From an uncultured Chloroflexia bacterium (lineage in GTDB: Bacteria > Chloroflexota > Limnocylindria > Limnocylindrales > CSP1-4), in NCBI GenBank assembly GCA_963727585.1, contig CAVSHH010000003.1, positions 738,493-802,492 on the forward strand: DNA of 64,000 nucleotides. Reading direction: 5' to 3'. Shown here in pieces: positions 30,383 to 40,616 of the stretch. Position 1 is the stretch's first letter; each line of letters begins with the position of its first letter. A model generated the notes under the pieces. That model was given only the letters and a program-made list of their open reading frames with translations, searched no databases and was not told where the DNA came from. Made by a program: the position numbers and the translations under genes.

Positions 30383-31591
30383 CTACGAGCTCGCGATCAC
30401 CGTGGCCAGTGCGTCGGCGAACGGCTCGAGGTTGGCCGCCGTGAAGCCGGCGACGTTGATCCGGCCGCGACCGACGACGTACACGCCATGCTCGCTCCGC
30501 AGCCGGGCCACCTGCTCGGTCGTGAGGCCCAGGAGCGCGAACATGCCGCGCTGGTCCGCGATGGCCGACCAGTCGCCCGGGATCGAGCGTTCCTCGAGCG
30601 CCGCCACCAGCGCCCGCCGGTTGTCGTTGATCCGGTCGCGCATCCCGGCCAGCTCCTGCTCCCATTGGGCGCGCAGCGCCGGGTCGGCAAGGACGGTTCG
30701 CACCACGTCGGCGCCATGGGCGGGCGGGTTGGAGTAGTTGGTCCGGATGGCGAGCTTGACATGGCTCTGGGCGGATGCCGCGTCCTCGGACGACCGGGCG
30801 ACGACGATCAACGCCCCCACCCGCTCGGCGTACAGCGAGAACGTCTTGGAGAACGAGGTCGAGACCAGCAGCTCGGCGCCCGGCCGGACGAGCTCGCGCA
30901 GCCCCGCGGCGTCTTCGGCGAGGCCGTTGCCGAAGCCCTGGTAGGCGAGATCCACGAGCGGCAGCAGACGCCGTTCCTCGATGATGTCACCGACCTGCTT
31001 CCACAGGGCCGGCGACGGATCGACGCCGGTGGGATTGTGGCAGGCGCCGTGGAGCAGCACGATGTCTCCCGGGCTGGCGCCGCGAAGCGCTTGGAGCATC
31101 GCCCCCTCGTCGATCCGCCGGCCCGTGGGATCGGTGTATGGGTAGGTCCGGATCCGGAACCCGGCCGCCTGGAACAGCTGCGGGTGGTTGGGCCACGTGG
31201 GCTCGCTCATCCACAGCGTCTGGCCGGATCCGGTCTGGCGCAGCAGGTCGGCCGCGACCCGGAGACCGCCGGTGCCGCCGGGGGTCTGCGTGGCCAGGGC
31301 GCGGTCCGAGGTCACCGCCTCGTGGCCTGCACCCAGCGCGAGGGATCGGACCAGCTCCCGGTACGCCGCCTCGCCGTCGATGGGCCGGTACAGCTTGGTG
31401 CCCGCCGCGGCGGCCAGCCGGCGCTCGGCCTCCACGACCGTGGGCAGGACGGGAGTCTTGCCGGTCTCGTCCACGAACACGCCGGTGCTGAGGTTGATCT
31501 TGCCTTCGCGCGGATCGGCCTTGTAGGCCTCGGCCAGGCCGAGGATCGGGTCGGGCGGGGCGGGGATGCGGGCGAGCGACGGCAGCGACAC
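30383..31591 (-). CDS. aspC: Aspartate/aromatic aminotransferase (class I)
   Basis: APPDPILGL...GKINLSTGVF...SFSKTFSLYAERVG...NYSNPPAHG. Probable GTG start. The ORF N-terminal extension overlaps ldh and was rejected. Confidence 0.85.
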   Translation of the reverse strand: MSLPSLARIPAPPDPILGLAEAYKADPREGKINLSTGVFVDETGKTPVLPTVVEAERRLAAAAGTKLYRPIDGEAAYRELVRSLALGAGHEAVTSDRALATQTPGGTGGLRVAADLLRQTGSGQTLWMSEPTWPNHPQLFQAAGFRIRTYPYTDPTGRRIDEGAMLQALRGASPGDIVLLHGACHNPTGVDPSPALWKQVGDIIEERRLLPLVDLAYQGFGNGLAEDAAGLRELVRPGAELLVSTSFSKTFSLYAERVGALIVVARSSEDAASAQSHVKLAIRTNYSNPPAHGADVVRTVLADPALRAQWEQELAGMRDRINDNRRALVAALEERSIPGDWSAIADQRGMFALLGLTTEQVARLRSEHGVYVVGRGRINVAGFTAANLEPFADALATVIASS

Positions 31592-31739
31592 GGGCGTGAC
31601 CTCGAGGACGGTGAAGGGGGCGCCGATGAGGAGTCTAGACGGACCGCCGGGTTGCGGGCCGGTGGCGGCGACGGCCGGGTGCTCGTCAACGCCCCGATGG
31701 AACGGGACGGCCGCCATCGGTTCGGGGTACGGTTCCGCC

Positions 31740-32738
31740 ATGGATGCGTCCCAGTCGCCCGGTCCCGCCGCCATGTCCGCACCGGGCCCGCCGGCGGCCC
31801 ATCCGACCCGGGTCGCCGTGGTCGGCACCGGCGCCGTCGGCTCGACCTTCGCCTTCGGCCTGCTGCTGTCGGGGCTCGCCTCCGAGATCGTCCTGAGCGA
31901 CGCCAACGCGCGCAAGGCCGAGGGCGAGGCGATGGATCTGCTCCACGCGGTGCCGTTCGCGCGCACGGCCCGGGTGTGGTCGGGCCCCGTCTCGGAGTGC
32001 CGGGGTGCGGCGGTCACGGTGGTGGCGGCCGGGGCGGCGCAGAAGCCGGGTGAGACGCGCATCGACCTGGTCCGGAAGAACGCCGTCATCTTCCGGGAGC
32101 TGGTGCCCCAGATCGCCGAGGCGAACCCGGACGGGATCATCCTCGTGGCCACCAACCCAGTGGACGTGCTGGCCTATCTCACCTACCGGATCGCGGGGCT
32201 GCCGGCCCAGCGCGTGATCGGCTCGGGGACGATCCTCGACACCGCGCGCTTCCGGGCGCTGCTCGCCGACCACTACGGCGTGGACCCGCGCTCCGTCCAC
32301 GCGCACATCGCGGGCGAGCACGGCGACTCCGAGGTGCCGGTGTGGTCCTCCGCCAACATCGCGGGGATGCCGATCGGGGACTTCGCGGCGGCAGCGGGGA
32401 TCGGTCACGATGACGAAGCGCTGCGCGCGATCTTCGAGGGCACCCGTGACGCCGCCTACCGGATCATCGAGCGGAAGGGGGCAACCTACTACGCGGTCGC
32501 GGCGGGACTGGTCCGGATCGTCCAGGCGATCCTGCGCGACCAGCGGACGGTGCTCTCGGTCAGCACCCTGATCAGCGACTACTACGGGATCGACGACGTC
32601 TACCTGTCGCTGCCGACCGTGGTCGGCCGGCGTGGCATCGAGCGGACGCTCCGGCTGGGTCTGTCGGCCGAGGAGGCATCGGGACTGCGCCGGTCGGCCT
32701 CGCTGCTGCGTGAGGCCAATGCGGCGATCGGGCTGTAG
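31740..32738 (+). CDS. ldh: L-lactate dehydrogenase
   Basis: VAVVGTGAVGSTFAF, DANARKAEGEAMDL, GEHGDSEVPVWS. Start chosen at MDAS; MSAP at 31773 is an alternative. Confidence 0.85.
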   Translation: MDASQSPGPAAMSAPGPPAAHPTRVAVVGTGAVGSTFAFGLLLSGLASEIVLSDANARKAEGEAMDLLHAVPFARTARVWSGPVSECRGAAVTVVAAGAAQKPGETRIDLVRKNAVIFRELVPQIAEANPDGIILVATNPVDVLAYLTYRIAGLPAQRVIGSGTILDTARFRALLADHYGVDPRSVHAHIAGEHGDSEVPVWSSANIAGMPIGDFAAAAGIGHDDEALRAIFEGTRDAAYRIIERKGATYYAVAAGLVRIVQAILRDQRTVLSVSTLISDYYGIDDVYLSLPTVVGRRGIERTLRLGLSAEEASGLRRSASLLREANAAIGL

Positions 32739-32800
32739 CGCCGCGTGTCCGGGCGATCCGCCGGATTGCCCCGGCAGGGAACCTGTCTCACAATCGCCCC

Positions 32801-33088
32801 GTGACCGATCCTGCCGCCCTGCCCGATCCTGCCGCCCTGCCCGTCGCGTCCACCATCACCGTCTACGGCGCGGACTGGTGCGGCGACTGCCGGCGGACGA
32901 AGCGCTGGCTCGAGCGCTCCGGTCTGGCCTGGACGTGGATCGACCGCGACGCGGACCCGGCGATCAGGGCAATGCTCGCGGACGCGGGCTATCTCGCGAT
33001 CCCGGTGGTGGTCGTGCCCGGCGGCGGGGTGCTGGTGGAGCCGTCGGACGCGGAGCTGGCAGCCGCCATCGGGGCCGGCGACGCCTGA
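32801..33088 (+). CDS. Glutaredoxin-like/NrdH-like small redoxin (CGDC active site)
   Basis: ITVYGADWCGDCRR...AIPVVVV thioredoxin-fold signature. N-terminus has an in-frame 18-bp duplication (DPAALP x2). Confidence 0.7.
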   Translation: MTDPAALPDPAALPVASTITVYGADWCGDCRRTKRWLERSGLAWTWIDRDADPAIRAMLADAGYLAIPVVVVPGGGVLVEPSDAELAAAIGAGDA

Positions 33089-33133
33089 CCGACGACGAGA
33101 GCAGCCGGCCGGGCATCGCCTGGTGGTCGGCCG

Positions 33134-33484
33134 CTACTCGATCCCCGCGGCGTCCAGCTCGACCAGTCGCTCGTAGGCGTCCTCGCCCAGGAAGCTGCGC
33201 GCAGCCGCCTCGGCCCGGTCCTCGGCCCTGTTGCCGTCCTCGTCCTCGATCTCGCCCCCGGCGAGGACGGAGAGCACGCGCGACGGGCTGGGCTCCACGG
33301 CCCACTCGTCGCCCGTGTCGGGGTCGACGTCGAAGAACGTCACCGAGTCGATCTCGTAGGTCTCACCGTCGGGCCGGGCCAGGGTGCAGGCCCATCCGTC
33401 CTCCTCGTCCTCGGCGGCGCGGACGGACAGCGTGAGCCCGAGCGATCGGAACAGCTCGCTCAGGCTGGTCGGGATGACGGCCAT
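33134..33484 (-). CDS. Hypothetical acidic protein
   Basis: 116-aa ORF with coding-like composition; no recognisable family. Confidence 0.35.
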   Translation of the reverse strand: MAVIPTSLSELFRSLGLTLSVRAAEDEEDGWACTLARPDGETYEIDSVTFFDVDPDTGDEWAVEPSPSRVLSVLAGGEIEDEDGNRAEDRAEAAARSFLGEDAYERLVELDAAGIE

Positions 33485-33638
33485 TCGGGGATACCTCGGG
33501 AACGGTGCATGTAGGCAACAACGCTACCCCGGACCGCGCCGCGGCGTCGCGATGTTCTCCCGTCCCCCGGTGCGGCGGTCCCGGTCCGCCGTCCCCGGTG
33601 CGCCGTCCCCCGTGCGGCGGTCCCGGGGCAGCGCCGGA

Positions 33639-33785
33639 TCACGTGGCGCGGCGACCCTGCAGCAGCTGCACGACGAACACCACGAGCGCCACGACGAGCA
33701 GGAGGTGGATGAGCCCGCCGGCGACGTTCGCGACGAAGCCCAGGAGCCAGAGCAGCAACAGGAGGCCGATGATCGCCCAGAGCAT
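33639..33785 (-). CDS. Small membrane protein (lmo0937-family-like, about 48 aa)
   Basis: MLWAIIGLLLLLWLLGFV...IHLLLVVALVVFVVQLLQGRR. Confidence 0.45.
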   Translation of the reverse strand: MLWAIIGLLLLLWLLGFVANVAGGLIHLLLVVALVVFVVQLLQGRRAT

Positions 33786-33962
33786 GGAAGCACCTCGTTG
33801 ACCGGAGCCCGCTCGGTGCGGGCCATTGAGCGACGATCGCAAGTCACCGGTCACGGCTGGGCAACAGCCGCCACGACTGGTGGTGCGGAAGAGTTGCAGC
33901 CTGCGTTCCACCGGGCGGCCCGAACGCCTCCTCTCCCGGGGGTGTGACTACCATCGGGGACC

Positions 33963-35348
33963 ATGACACGGGCGCCAACCTTCTGGCTCGAGACGTCCGG
34001 GGACGACCTGGCGCCGCGGCCGCCGCTCGACGGTTCGCTGACCACCGACGTCGCCATTCTGGGTGCCGGCCTGACGGGGCTGTGGACGGCGTGGTACCTC
34101 GCGCGCCGGGATCCGTCCCTGCGGATCGTGGTTGTCGAGCGCGAGATCGCGGGTTTCGGCGCGTCCGGCCGGAACGGTGCCTGGTGCGCCCCCGACCTCA
34201 ACATCTCGATCAGCAGGCTCGCCCGGCTGCATGGCGATGACGCGGCCCGGGCGATGCAGCAGGCCACCTACGACGCCGTGGACGAGGTGGCGCGGGCGGC
34301 CGACGAGGCGGCGATCGACGCCGGGTTCCACAAGGGTGGCTCGATCATCGTCTCCCGCGGTCCGGCGGGGCTGCCCTCCCTCGAGGCGTCGCTCCGCGAG
34401 TACGAGCGGTTCGGGTTCGGAGAGAGGTACCGGCTCGTCGACACCCCTGAGCTCGCGGGACGGATCCGGATCGCCGGGGCCACTCGCGCCCTGGTGTCGG
34501 ATGACGCTGCGGTCGTCCACCCGGGGCGCCTGGTGCGGGGCCTGGCCCGCGCCGCCGAGCGGCAGGGTGTCCGGATCGTGGAGGGCACCGAGGTCACCGC
34601 GTTCCGGCCGCGCGATGCCACCGGCCACGCGACCCTGGTCACGCCCCGCGGCGACGTCCGGGCTCCGGTCGTGGTGCTCGCCGGCGAGGCCTGGCTGGCG
34701 GGCCTGCCCGGCCTGCGGCGCCAGCTGATCCCGGTCTACTCGCTGATCGTGCTCACCGAGCCGCTGGGTGATGCCCGGTGGGCCGAGATCGGCTGGGCGG
34801 GGCGTGAGGTCGTGGCGTCCACCCGGCTCTCCGTCGACTACCTGTCGCGGACGGAGGACGGACGGATCCTGTTCGGAGGGAGAGGAGCGCCGTACCGGCT
34901 CGGCTCGCGGGTCCGCCCCGAGCTCGACCGCCATGACCCGACCCACGAGCGCCTGCGCGGGTTCGTCCGGGATTGGTTCCCGGTCCTGCGCGACGTGCGG
35001 TTCACCCATGCCTGGGGCGGGCCGCTGGGCATGCCGCGCGACTGGCACCCGACCGTGGCCTTTGACCCCTCGACCGGGATCGCCACGGCTCGCGGCTACA
35101 TCGGCCATGGCGTCTCGACGAGCAACCTCGCCGGGCGCATCCTGGCCGAGCTGGTCACGGAGGGGGACGGGCCGCTGACCCGGCTGCCCATCGTCAACCA
35201 CCGGTCACGCAACTGGGAGGTGGAGCCATTCCGCTACCTGGGCGTGCGCTACACCCAGTGGGCCATCGGCCGGCTGGACCATGCCGCCGCCCGGACCGGG
35301 AGGCCGCCCACCGGGCGCAGTCTCGCCGAGCGCATGTCGAGCCACTGA
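33963..35348 (+). CDS. FAD-dependent oxidoreductase (DAO family)
   Basis: VAILGAGLTGLWTAWYLARR...ERE..GFGASGRNGAW. Confidence 0.8.
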   Translation: MTRAPTFWLETSGDDLAPRPPLDGSLTTDVAILGAGLTGLWTAWYLARRDPSLRIVVVEREIAGFGASGRNGAWCAPDLNISISRLARLHGDDAARAMQQATYDAVDEVARAADEAAIDAGFHKGGSIIVSRGPAGLPSLEASLREYERFGFGERYRLVDTPELAGRIRIAGATRALVSDDAAVVHPGRLVRGLARAAERQGVRIVEGTEVTAFRPRDATGHATLVTPRGDVRAPVVVLAGEAWLAGLPGLRRQLIPVYSLIVLTEPLGDARWAEIGWAGREVVASTRLSVDYLSRTEDGRILFGGRGAPYRLGSRVRPELDRHDPTHERLRGFVRDWFPVLRDVRFTHAWGGPLGMPRDWHPTVAFDPSTGIATARGYIGHGVSTSNLAGRILAELVTEGDGPLTRLPIVNHRSRNWEVEPFRYLGVRYTQWAIGRLDHAAARTGRPPTGRSLAERMSSH

Positions 35349-35391
35349 CCGGCCTGTTCCCGGGAGCAGGCCCCGCGGGGGTGCGGGTCGC

Positions 35392-35530
35392 AACCGCGCC
35401 GGCGATCACCTGACCGCGCCGGGACTCACGCGACCGCGCCGGCGATCACCTGACCGCGCCGGGACTCACGCGACCGCGCCGGGACTCACGCGACCGCGCC
35501 GGGACTCACCGACCCGCGCCGGCGATCACC
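35392..35530. repeat. Intergenic 20-bp tandem repeat array, about 7 units in two alternating variants
   Basis: accgcgccggcgatcacctg and accgcgccgggactcacgcg units read directly. Confidence 0.8.
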
Positions 35531-35752
35531 GCTGATGCTATGCGGCGACTCTTCGGCGGAATTTTGAGCCGGGCCGCGGCGAATCACGTCGGACCGGTCA
35601 TCGAAATCATGGGCCGTGCTAAGGGTGCGGAGTCAGGACCTGGTGGGCGTCGCCGCGGGCGTCAAACACGACCAATAGCACCGGTGGTGATGCGCGGCAC
35701 GAGTCCGGGGCCTGGTGATGCGCGGCACACGCGCGGCTCGGGTGGTGCGGCG

Positions 35753-36274
35753 TCAGGCCTCGGCCAGCTCCATTGCGAGCCTCGTTTCGGCCCGCCGAAC
35801 CACCGCGTCGGCGGATTCACCCTGGCGGGGGCTCGCCCAGCCGAAGCTGAAGCGCAGGTCGTCGAAGCCGCGCGGCATCGAGCGCGGCCCATTCTCGCGA
35901 ACTCGCTCCACGAAGTTGATCGCGGCGATCTCGTCCGTGTCGGTCAGGACCACGCCGAACCGCGCCGGCCCGATCCTCGTGGCGTAGTCGCTCGTCCGCG
36001 AGGTCCGGCGCAGACACTGGGCAGCCTCGCGCACCGCGTGGCGGGCGACGTCCATCCCCCACGTCTCGCCTAGGGACTCGAGCCCGGCGAGCTCGACGAT
36101 CACCACGGCCAGCGACCGCCGGTAGCGGGCGCTGCGCCCGACCTCGGCCACGAGGATTCGCTGCCAGAAGTCGGGCCCGTTCAGGCCCGTAAGCGGGTCC
36201 TCCCAGCCGGCAGGCTCGGAAATGCCGGTCGCGTCCAAGCGGTCTCTCCCATTCCACTGGGCACGCCACCCCAT
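35753..36274 (-). CDS. Stand-alone GGDEF-domain protein with a degenerate active site
   Basis: DPLTGLNG...RYRRSLAVVIVELAG...RIGPARFGVVL, where canonical GG(D/E)EF is replaced by GPARF. Confidence 0.6.
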   Translation of the reverse strand: MGWRAQWNGRDRLDATGISEPAGWEDPLTGLNGPDFWQRILVAEVGRSARYRRSLAVVIVELAGLESLGETWGMDVARHAVREAAQCLRRTSRTSDYATRIGPARFGVVLTDTDEIAAINFVERVRENGPRSMPRGFDDLRFSFGWASPRQGESADAVVRRAETRLAMELAEA

Positions 36275-36467
36275 AGGACCCCGGAGGGGCGACGCGCAGG
36301 CACTCGGTTCCGGCGGTCATGCTCTGCCGTGGTGCGCCCCCGCGCCAGTGGACCGTCGTAGGGGCCGCGTCGCCGAACGTACCAGTCGGGGGCCGTGCCG
36401 GCTGCGCCGCGCCCCGGCCCGCCGGACGCGGCGCCCCCGGCCCGCCGGCGGCGCCGCGTCCCGGGGA

Positions 36468-37382
36468 CTATCCGAACAACGCCTCGACCGACAGGTACCG
36501 CTCGCCGGTGTCGTAGCTGAAGGTCAGGATCCGCGAGCCGTCCGGGACCTGCGGAAGGAGCTCGGCGACCGCGGCCAGCGAGGCGCCCGACGACACGCCC
36601 ACCAGGAGCCCCTCCTCGCGCGCAGCCCGCTGCGCGTACGCGAACGCGTCCGGGGGCTCCACCTGGAGGATCCCGTCCAGCAGGTCCGTGCGCATGACGC
36701 CCGGGACGAACCCGGCGCCGATGCCCTGGATCGGGTGGGGCCCCGGCTCGCCGCCGGACAGGACCGCGGACAGCGTCGGCTCGACGGCGTACACCTTGAG
36801 GTTCGGCCAGCGGGGCTTGAGCACCTCGGCGACCCCCGTGATGTGGCCGCCGGTGCCCACCCCGGTGACGATGTAGTCAAGCCCGTCGGGGAAGTCGCGG
36901 GCGATCTCCTCGGCCGTCGTCCGGCGGTGGATATCGACGTTGGCCGGGTTGTCGAACTGCATCGGGACCCAGGCGCCGGGGGTCTGCTCGGCGATCTCGT
37001 TCGCACGCGCGATCGCCCCCTTCATCCCCAGCTCGCGCGGCGTGAGGTCGAGCTCGGCGCCGTACAGCTGCATCAGCTTCCGCCGCTCGATCGACATCGA
37101 TTCGGGCATGACGAGGATGAGGCGGTATCCCTTGATGGCGGCCACCAGGGCGAGGCCGATGCCGGTGTTGCCGGAGGTGGGCTCGACGATGACCGAGCCG
37201 GCCTTGAGCACGCCGCGCGCCTCGGCGTCCTCGATCATCGACAGGCCGATGCGGTCCTTGATCGAGCCGCCAGGATTCTGGCGCTCCAGCTTGGCCCAGA
37301 CGGTGACCCGGGGGTCATAGAGCTTGTTGATCCGGACATGCGGCGTGTTGCCGATGACCTCGAGCATGGAGTTGAAGGGCAC
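36468..37382 (-). CDS. cysK: Cysteine synthase A (O-acetylserine sulfhydrylase)
   Basis: [11 protein letters not shown]-lysine motif; [10 protein letters not shown]; GTGGHITGV. Confidence 0.9.
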   Translation of the reverse strand: MPFNSMLEVIGNTPHVRINKLYDPRVTVWAKLERQNPGGSIKDRIGLSMIEDAEARGVLKAGSVIVEPTSGNTGIGLALVAAIKGYRLILVMPESMSIERRKLMQLYGAELDLTPRELGMKGAIARANEIAEQTPGAWVPMQFDNPANVDIHRRTTAEEIARDFPDGLDYIVTGVGTGGHITGVAEVLKPRWPNLKVYAVEPTLSAVLSGGEPGPHPIQGIGAGFVPGVMRTDLLDGILQVEPPDAFAYAQRAAREEGLLVGVSSGASLAAVAELLPQVPDGSRILTFSYDTGERYLSVEALFG

Positions 37383-37395
37383 GGGACGCTTCCTT

Positions 37396-38295
37396 TCAGA
37401 TCACGAAATCGACGGAATCGACAACCTCGGCCACGGTCCGGACCCGGACCTGGCTCTGGTGGTACACGAGCGAGTTGGCCGGTACCGAGTGGGTCAGCCA
37501 CACGTTGCCGCCGATGACCGAGTCGGCGCCCACGACGGTGTCGCCGCCGAGCACCGTGGCGTTGGCGTAGATCACCACCCGGTCCTCGATGGTCGGGTGG
37601 CGCTTGGTCCCCGACGCCTGCTTGGTCACCGAGAGCGCTCCGAGGGTGACGCCCTGGTACAGCTTGACGTTGTCGCCGATGAGCGCGGTCTCACCGATCA
37701 CGACGCCGGTGCCGTGGTCGATGCAGCAGCCGCGGCCGATCGTGGCGCCGGGGTGGATGTCGACCCCGGTCCGACCGTGGGCGATCTCGGAGATGATGCG
37801 CGGCACCAGCGGGATCCCGGCGCGGTGCAGGGTGTTGGCGATCCGGTGGAAGGCCAGGGCGAGAAATCCGGGGTAGGCGAGAACGACCTCCATCGTCCCG
37901 TGCGCCGCCGGGTCGCCTGCCTCGATCGCCTCCGCGTCGAGGGTCACCTGCTCGTGGATCTCGGGCAGGGCGAGATGGAAGTCGTGCGCCAGCTCCTCGG
38001 GCGTCGCCGGCAGCTTGTCGCGGAGCGACGCGAGAACCGGGACCAGCGCCCGGCAGCGGGCGTCCAGCTCGGCATGAATGCCGGCCGGGGTCCGCGGCGC
38101 GTGGCGGCCGTCGGGGAACAGCAGCGAGACGATGCCGTCGGCGAAGGCCCCGACCTGGTCGCGGTCGGGGAGCCGGTGGAACATCGCCGCCTCATCCTCG
38201 GCGATGTGCGCGGAGAGGGCCGCGAGGTCGGCTGGGTGGGCAATCTCCTCGTCATGCGGATGGACGAAACGACGTGATGACATGGGCAGCACCAA
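37396..38295 (-). CDS. cysE: Serine O-acetyltransferase
   Basis: Left-handed beta-helix hexapeptide repeats and the SAT N-terminal domain. Lies 14 nt upstream of cysK. Confidence 0.85.
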   Translation of the reverse strand: MVLPMSSRRFVHPHDEEIAHPADLAALSAHIAEDEAAMFHRLPDRDQVGAFADGIVSLLFPDGRHAPRTPAGIHAELDARCRALVPVLASLRDKLPATPEELAHDFHLALPEIHEQVTLDAEAIEAGDPAAHGTMEVVLAYPGFLALAFHRIANTLHRAGIPLVPRIISEIAHGRTGVDIHPGATIGRGCCIDHGTGVVIGETALIGDNVKLYQGVTLGALSVTKQASGTKRHPTIEDRVVIYANATVLGGDTVVGADSVIGGNVWLTHSVPANSLVYHQSQVRVRTVAEVVDSVDFVI

Positions 38296-38608
38296 GTGGT
38301 GGGAACGGAAACGTGGCGAGGTCGGGGCCCGGGCGCGGGTCGGGCGGTCCGGGTCACCGTGCTCGGCCGGAGGCGACGCCAGGTGGACGTGACGCCAAGC
38401 GGAGGTTGGGCCGGCGTGCGTGGCGCGTCAGGCGCGCGGAGGAGGCGGCGTTATCGCCGCCGAGGACACGCGCAGGAGAGTCGCAGGGACGCCATGGCGC
38501 AAGGGTGCCGGGGAACTGGGCGCACGTCAACCGGCGGCGGATCGTCAACCGGCGGCGGATCGTCAAGGCGAGGTCGAGGGCCCGTTGGCACATGTATGCT
38601 CCGGGCAG

Positions 38609-39082
38609 ATGACAGACGAGCACCGACCCGCCGCGCGCGGCGAGGGGTCTGCGTCCGACGCCGGCTCCCCGCTTCGCATCGCCTCCGCCCTCGATGTCCA
38701 TGGCGCCCCGGTTCACCGCGGCTGGGCCCAGGTCGGCTCGCACCACCGGTGGATGGAGCCGTTCGTGCTCGCCCTGCTGGCCAACGGGACCGGCCACGGC
38801 TACGCGATCGTCGGCGAGCTCGCCCAGCTGGGCATCACCAACGGGCCGGTGGACGTCGGCCAGGTGTACCGGACGCTGCGCGACCTGGAGCGGACGGGCC
38901 AGGCCCGCTCGACCTGGGCGACCGGCACGGGCCCCGCGCGACGCGACTACCAGCTGACCGAGACGGGGTGGGATGCGCTCGACGAGTGGGCGGCCGTGAT
39001 GAAGGAGCGGGGCCGGCTGGTGGCGGAGTTCGACGCCCTCTACCTCCCGTGGGTCGCGATGTCCCGCAAGGTGGCCCGGTGA
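38609..39082 (+). CDS. PadR-family transcriptional regulator
   Basis: FVLALLANGTGHGYAIVGEL...VYRTLRDLERTG. The true start may be the internal Met (MEPF). Confidence 0.7.
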   Translation: MTDEHRPAARGEGSASDAGSPLRIASALDVHGAPVHRGWAQVGSHHRWMEPFVLALLANGTGHGYAIVGELAQLGITNGPVDVGQVYRTLRDLERTGQARSTWATGTGPARRDYQLTETGWDALDEWAAVMKERGRLVAEFDALYLPWVAMSRKVAR

Positions 39083-39699
39083 ACGATGCGGCGGCGGGGC
39101 CGCAGCCGTCGCGCCAGGAGCTGTGGGATGCGCGCCACGCGGCTCACGACCCGATCGAGTCGCACGATCCCGACCCGACCCTGGTCATGGTGGCCGGCGG
39201 TCTCAAGCCGGGTCGCGCCCTGGATCTCGGGACGGGCGACGGGCGGAACGCCGCGTGGCTCGCGGCGAACGGCTGGCGGGTGGTCGCCGTGGACTTCTCC
39301 CGGGTGGCCCTCGAGCGGGCCGGCGCGAGCGCGCGTGCGCGGGGGCTGGAGGTCGAGTGGCGCCAGGCCGACCTGCTCGGGTGGCGCCCCGACCCCGCGG
39401 CCTTCGACCTCGTCATCCTGGTGTTCATCCATCTCCCGCCCGTCGAGCGCGACGTCGTCTACCGGGCGGCGGCCGAGGCGGTGGCTCCCGGCGGCCGGCT
39501 GCTGGTGGTGGGCCATGATCGGGACAACATCGCCCATGGGGAGGGAGGGCCGCAGGACCCGGAGCTGCTGCTCACGCCGGCCGGCGTGACCAGTGGCCTG
39601 CCGGCGGGCTTCGTGGTGGAACGCGCCGAGACGATCCGGCGCGACGGCGGCGCGAGCGGCCCGATCGACACGGTGGTGCTCGCTCGCCGCGACGCCTGA
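39079..39699 (+). CDS. Class I SAM-dependent methyltransferase
   Basis: ALDLGTGDGRNAAWLAANGWRVVAVDFS. GTG start overlapping the padR stop. Confidence 0.75.
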   Translation: MNDAAAGPQPSRQELWDARHAAHDPIESHDPDPTLVMVAGGLKPGRALDLGTGDGRNAAWLAANGWRVVAVDFSRVALERAGASARARGLEVEWRQADLLGWRPDPAAFDLVILVFIHLPPVERDVVYRAAAEAVAPGGRLLVVGHDRDNIAHGEGGPQDPELLLTPAGVTSGLPAGFVVERAETIRRDGGASGPIDTVVLARRDA

Positions 39700-39891
39700 C
39701 CCGGCCGGGCTTCGCCGCCCACCGGCCGAGCTTCGCCGCGCCCCGCCCGCGGCGTCGGGGACGGACCGTGACCTCCGGCAAGGCTCCACGAGCGCTCCAC
39801 TGTCACTCCATGTCCCAGGCGGATCGTGAGCTCCGGCGCCGAGATCCGGGCCGCCGCACTTGCGGCACACCAGCAAGGACACCTGCCGACG

Positions 39892-40548
39892 ATGAAGCGT
39901 CTCGCCATCCCGCTCACCATCGGGGCCCTCGCCGCGCTTGGCGCGGTCGCAGCCGTCTCGGCCGCCGATCCCGATGCCACGCCGGCCCCGGTCGCCACCG
40001 AGGCCCCGGTCGCCACCGCCCCGGTCGCCACCGAGGCCCCGGCGGCAACTCCCGCACCCGTCGCCAATCCGCCCCTGGTCCGTGGTCCGGACACCGGCAC
40101 GCTGAGCGGCATCCTGGGGATCAGCCAGTCCGAGCTCGCCCAGCTGCGCGCCCAGGGCCAGACGCTTGCCCAGGTCGCCGAAAGCCGGGGCATCGATCCC
40201 CAGCGGCTGATCGAGGCGCTGGTCGCCCAGTGGGGCGCCCGCATCGACGCCCGCGCCGCCGCCGGAGCACTGACCGCCGACCAGGCCGCGGCGCTCAAGG
40301 CCAATCTCCAGGTCGAGGCCAAGGCCATGGTCAACCAGGCCACGCCGGGCGGCATGCGCGGTGGCGCCGTCGGTGCAGGTCCGGGAGCCATGGGCGGCCG
40401 CGGGCCAGGCAACGGCACGGGCGGCGGCATGGGCCGCTGGAGCACCGACGACGGCGGCCAGCCCCGGGGCATGGGCCGCTGGGGCAACGGCTCGGGCGCC
40501 GGGAACGGCACCTGCCCGATGACCACTGCTCCGGGCACCGCTTCCTGA
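39892..40548 (+). CDS. Secreted protein with a Thr/Pro/Ala-rich linker and a Gly-rich C-terminus (hypothetical)
   Basis: Signal peptide MKRLAIPLTIGALAALGAVAAVSA. Sits upstream of the two-component system. Confidence 0.5.
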   Translation: MKRLAIPLTIGALAALGAVAAVSAADPDATPAPVATEAPVATAPVATEAPAATPAPVANPPLVRGPDTGTLSGILGISQSELAQLRAQGQTLAQVAESRGIDPQRLIEALVAQWGARIDARAAAGALTADQAAALKANLQVEAKAMVNQATPGGMRGGAVGAGPGAMGGRGPGNGTGGGMGRWSTDDGGQPRGMGRWGNGSGAGNGTCPMTTAPGTAS

Positions 40549-40616
40549 TCCGTCTCGAGGCGGGACGGCCGAGCGAGCTTGACGCTGCCCGGCCGTTCCC
40601 GCCTATGCTCGCGACC

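Noticed and set aside
28284-30665. 793-aa ORF containing the Qng1-like gene
   Set aside because: Only the last 331 aa (from MHESRFW) are family-like. The N-terminal part is Arg/Pro-rich and overlaps the convergent DUF2029 gene on the other strand.
30383-32155. 590-aa extension of the aminotransferase ORF
   Set aside because: The conserved AAT N-terminus (APPDPILGL) begins about 405 aa from the stop. The extension runs antisense through ldh.
35392-35530. Possible CRISPR array
   Set aside because: The units are contiguous with no unique spacers, there are two alternating variants, and no cas genes are nearby. It is a plain tandem repeat.
38296-39699. 467-aa ORF spanning the padR region in another frame
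   Set aside because: Only the last 206 aa form a methyltransferase fold. The upstream part is Arg/Gly-rich and overlaps the well-supported PadR frame.
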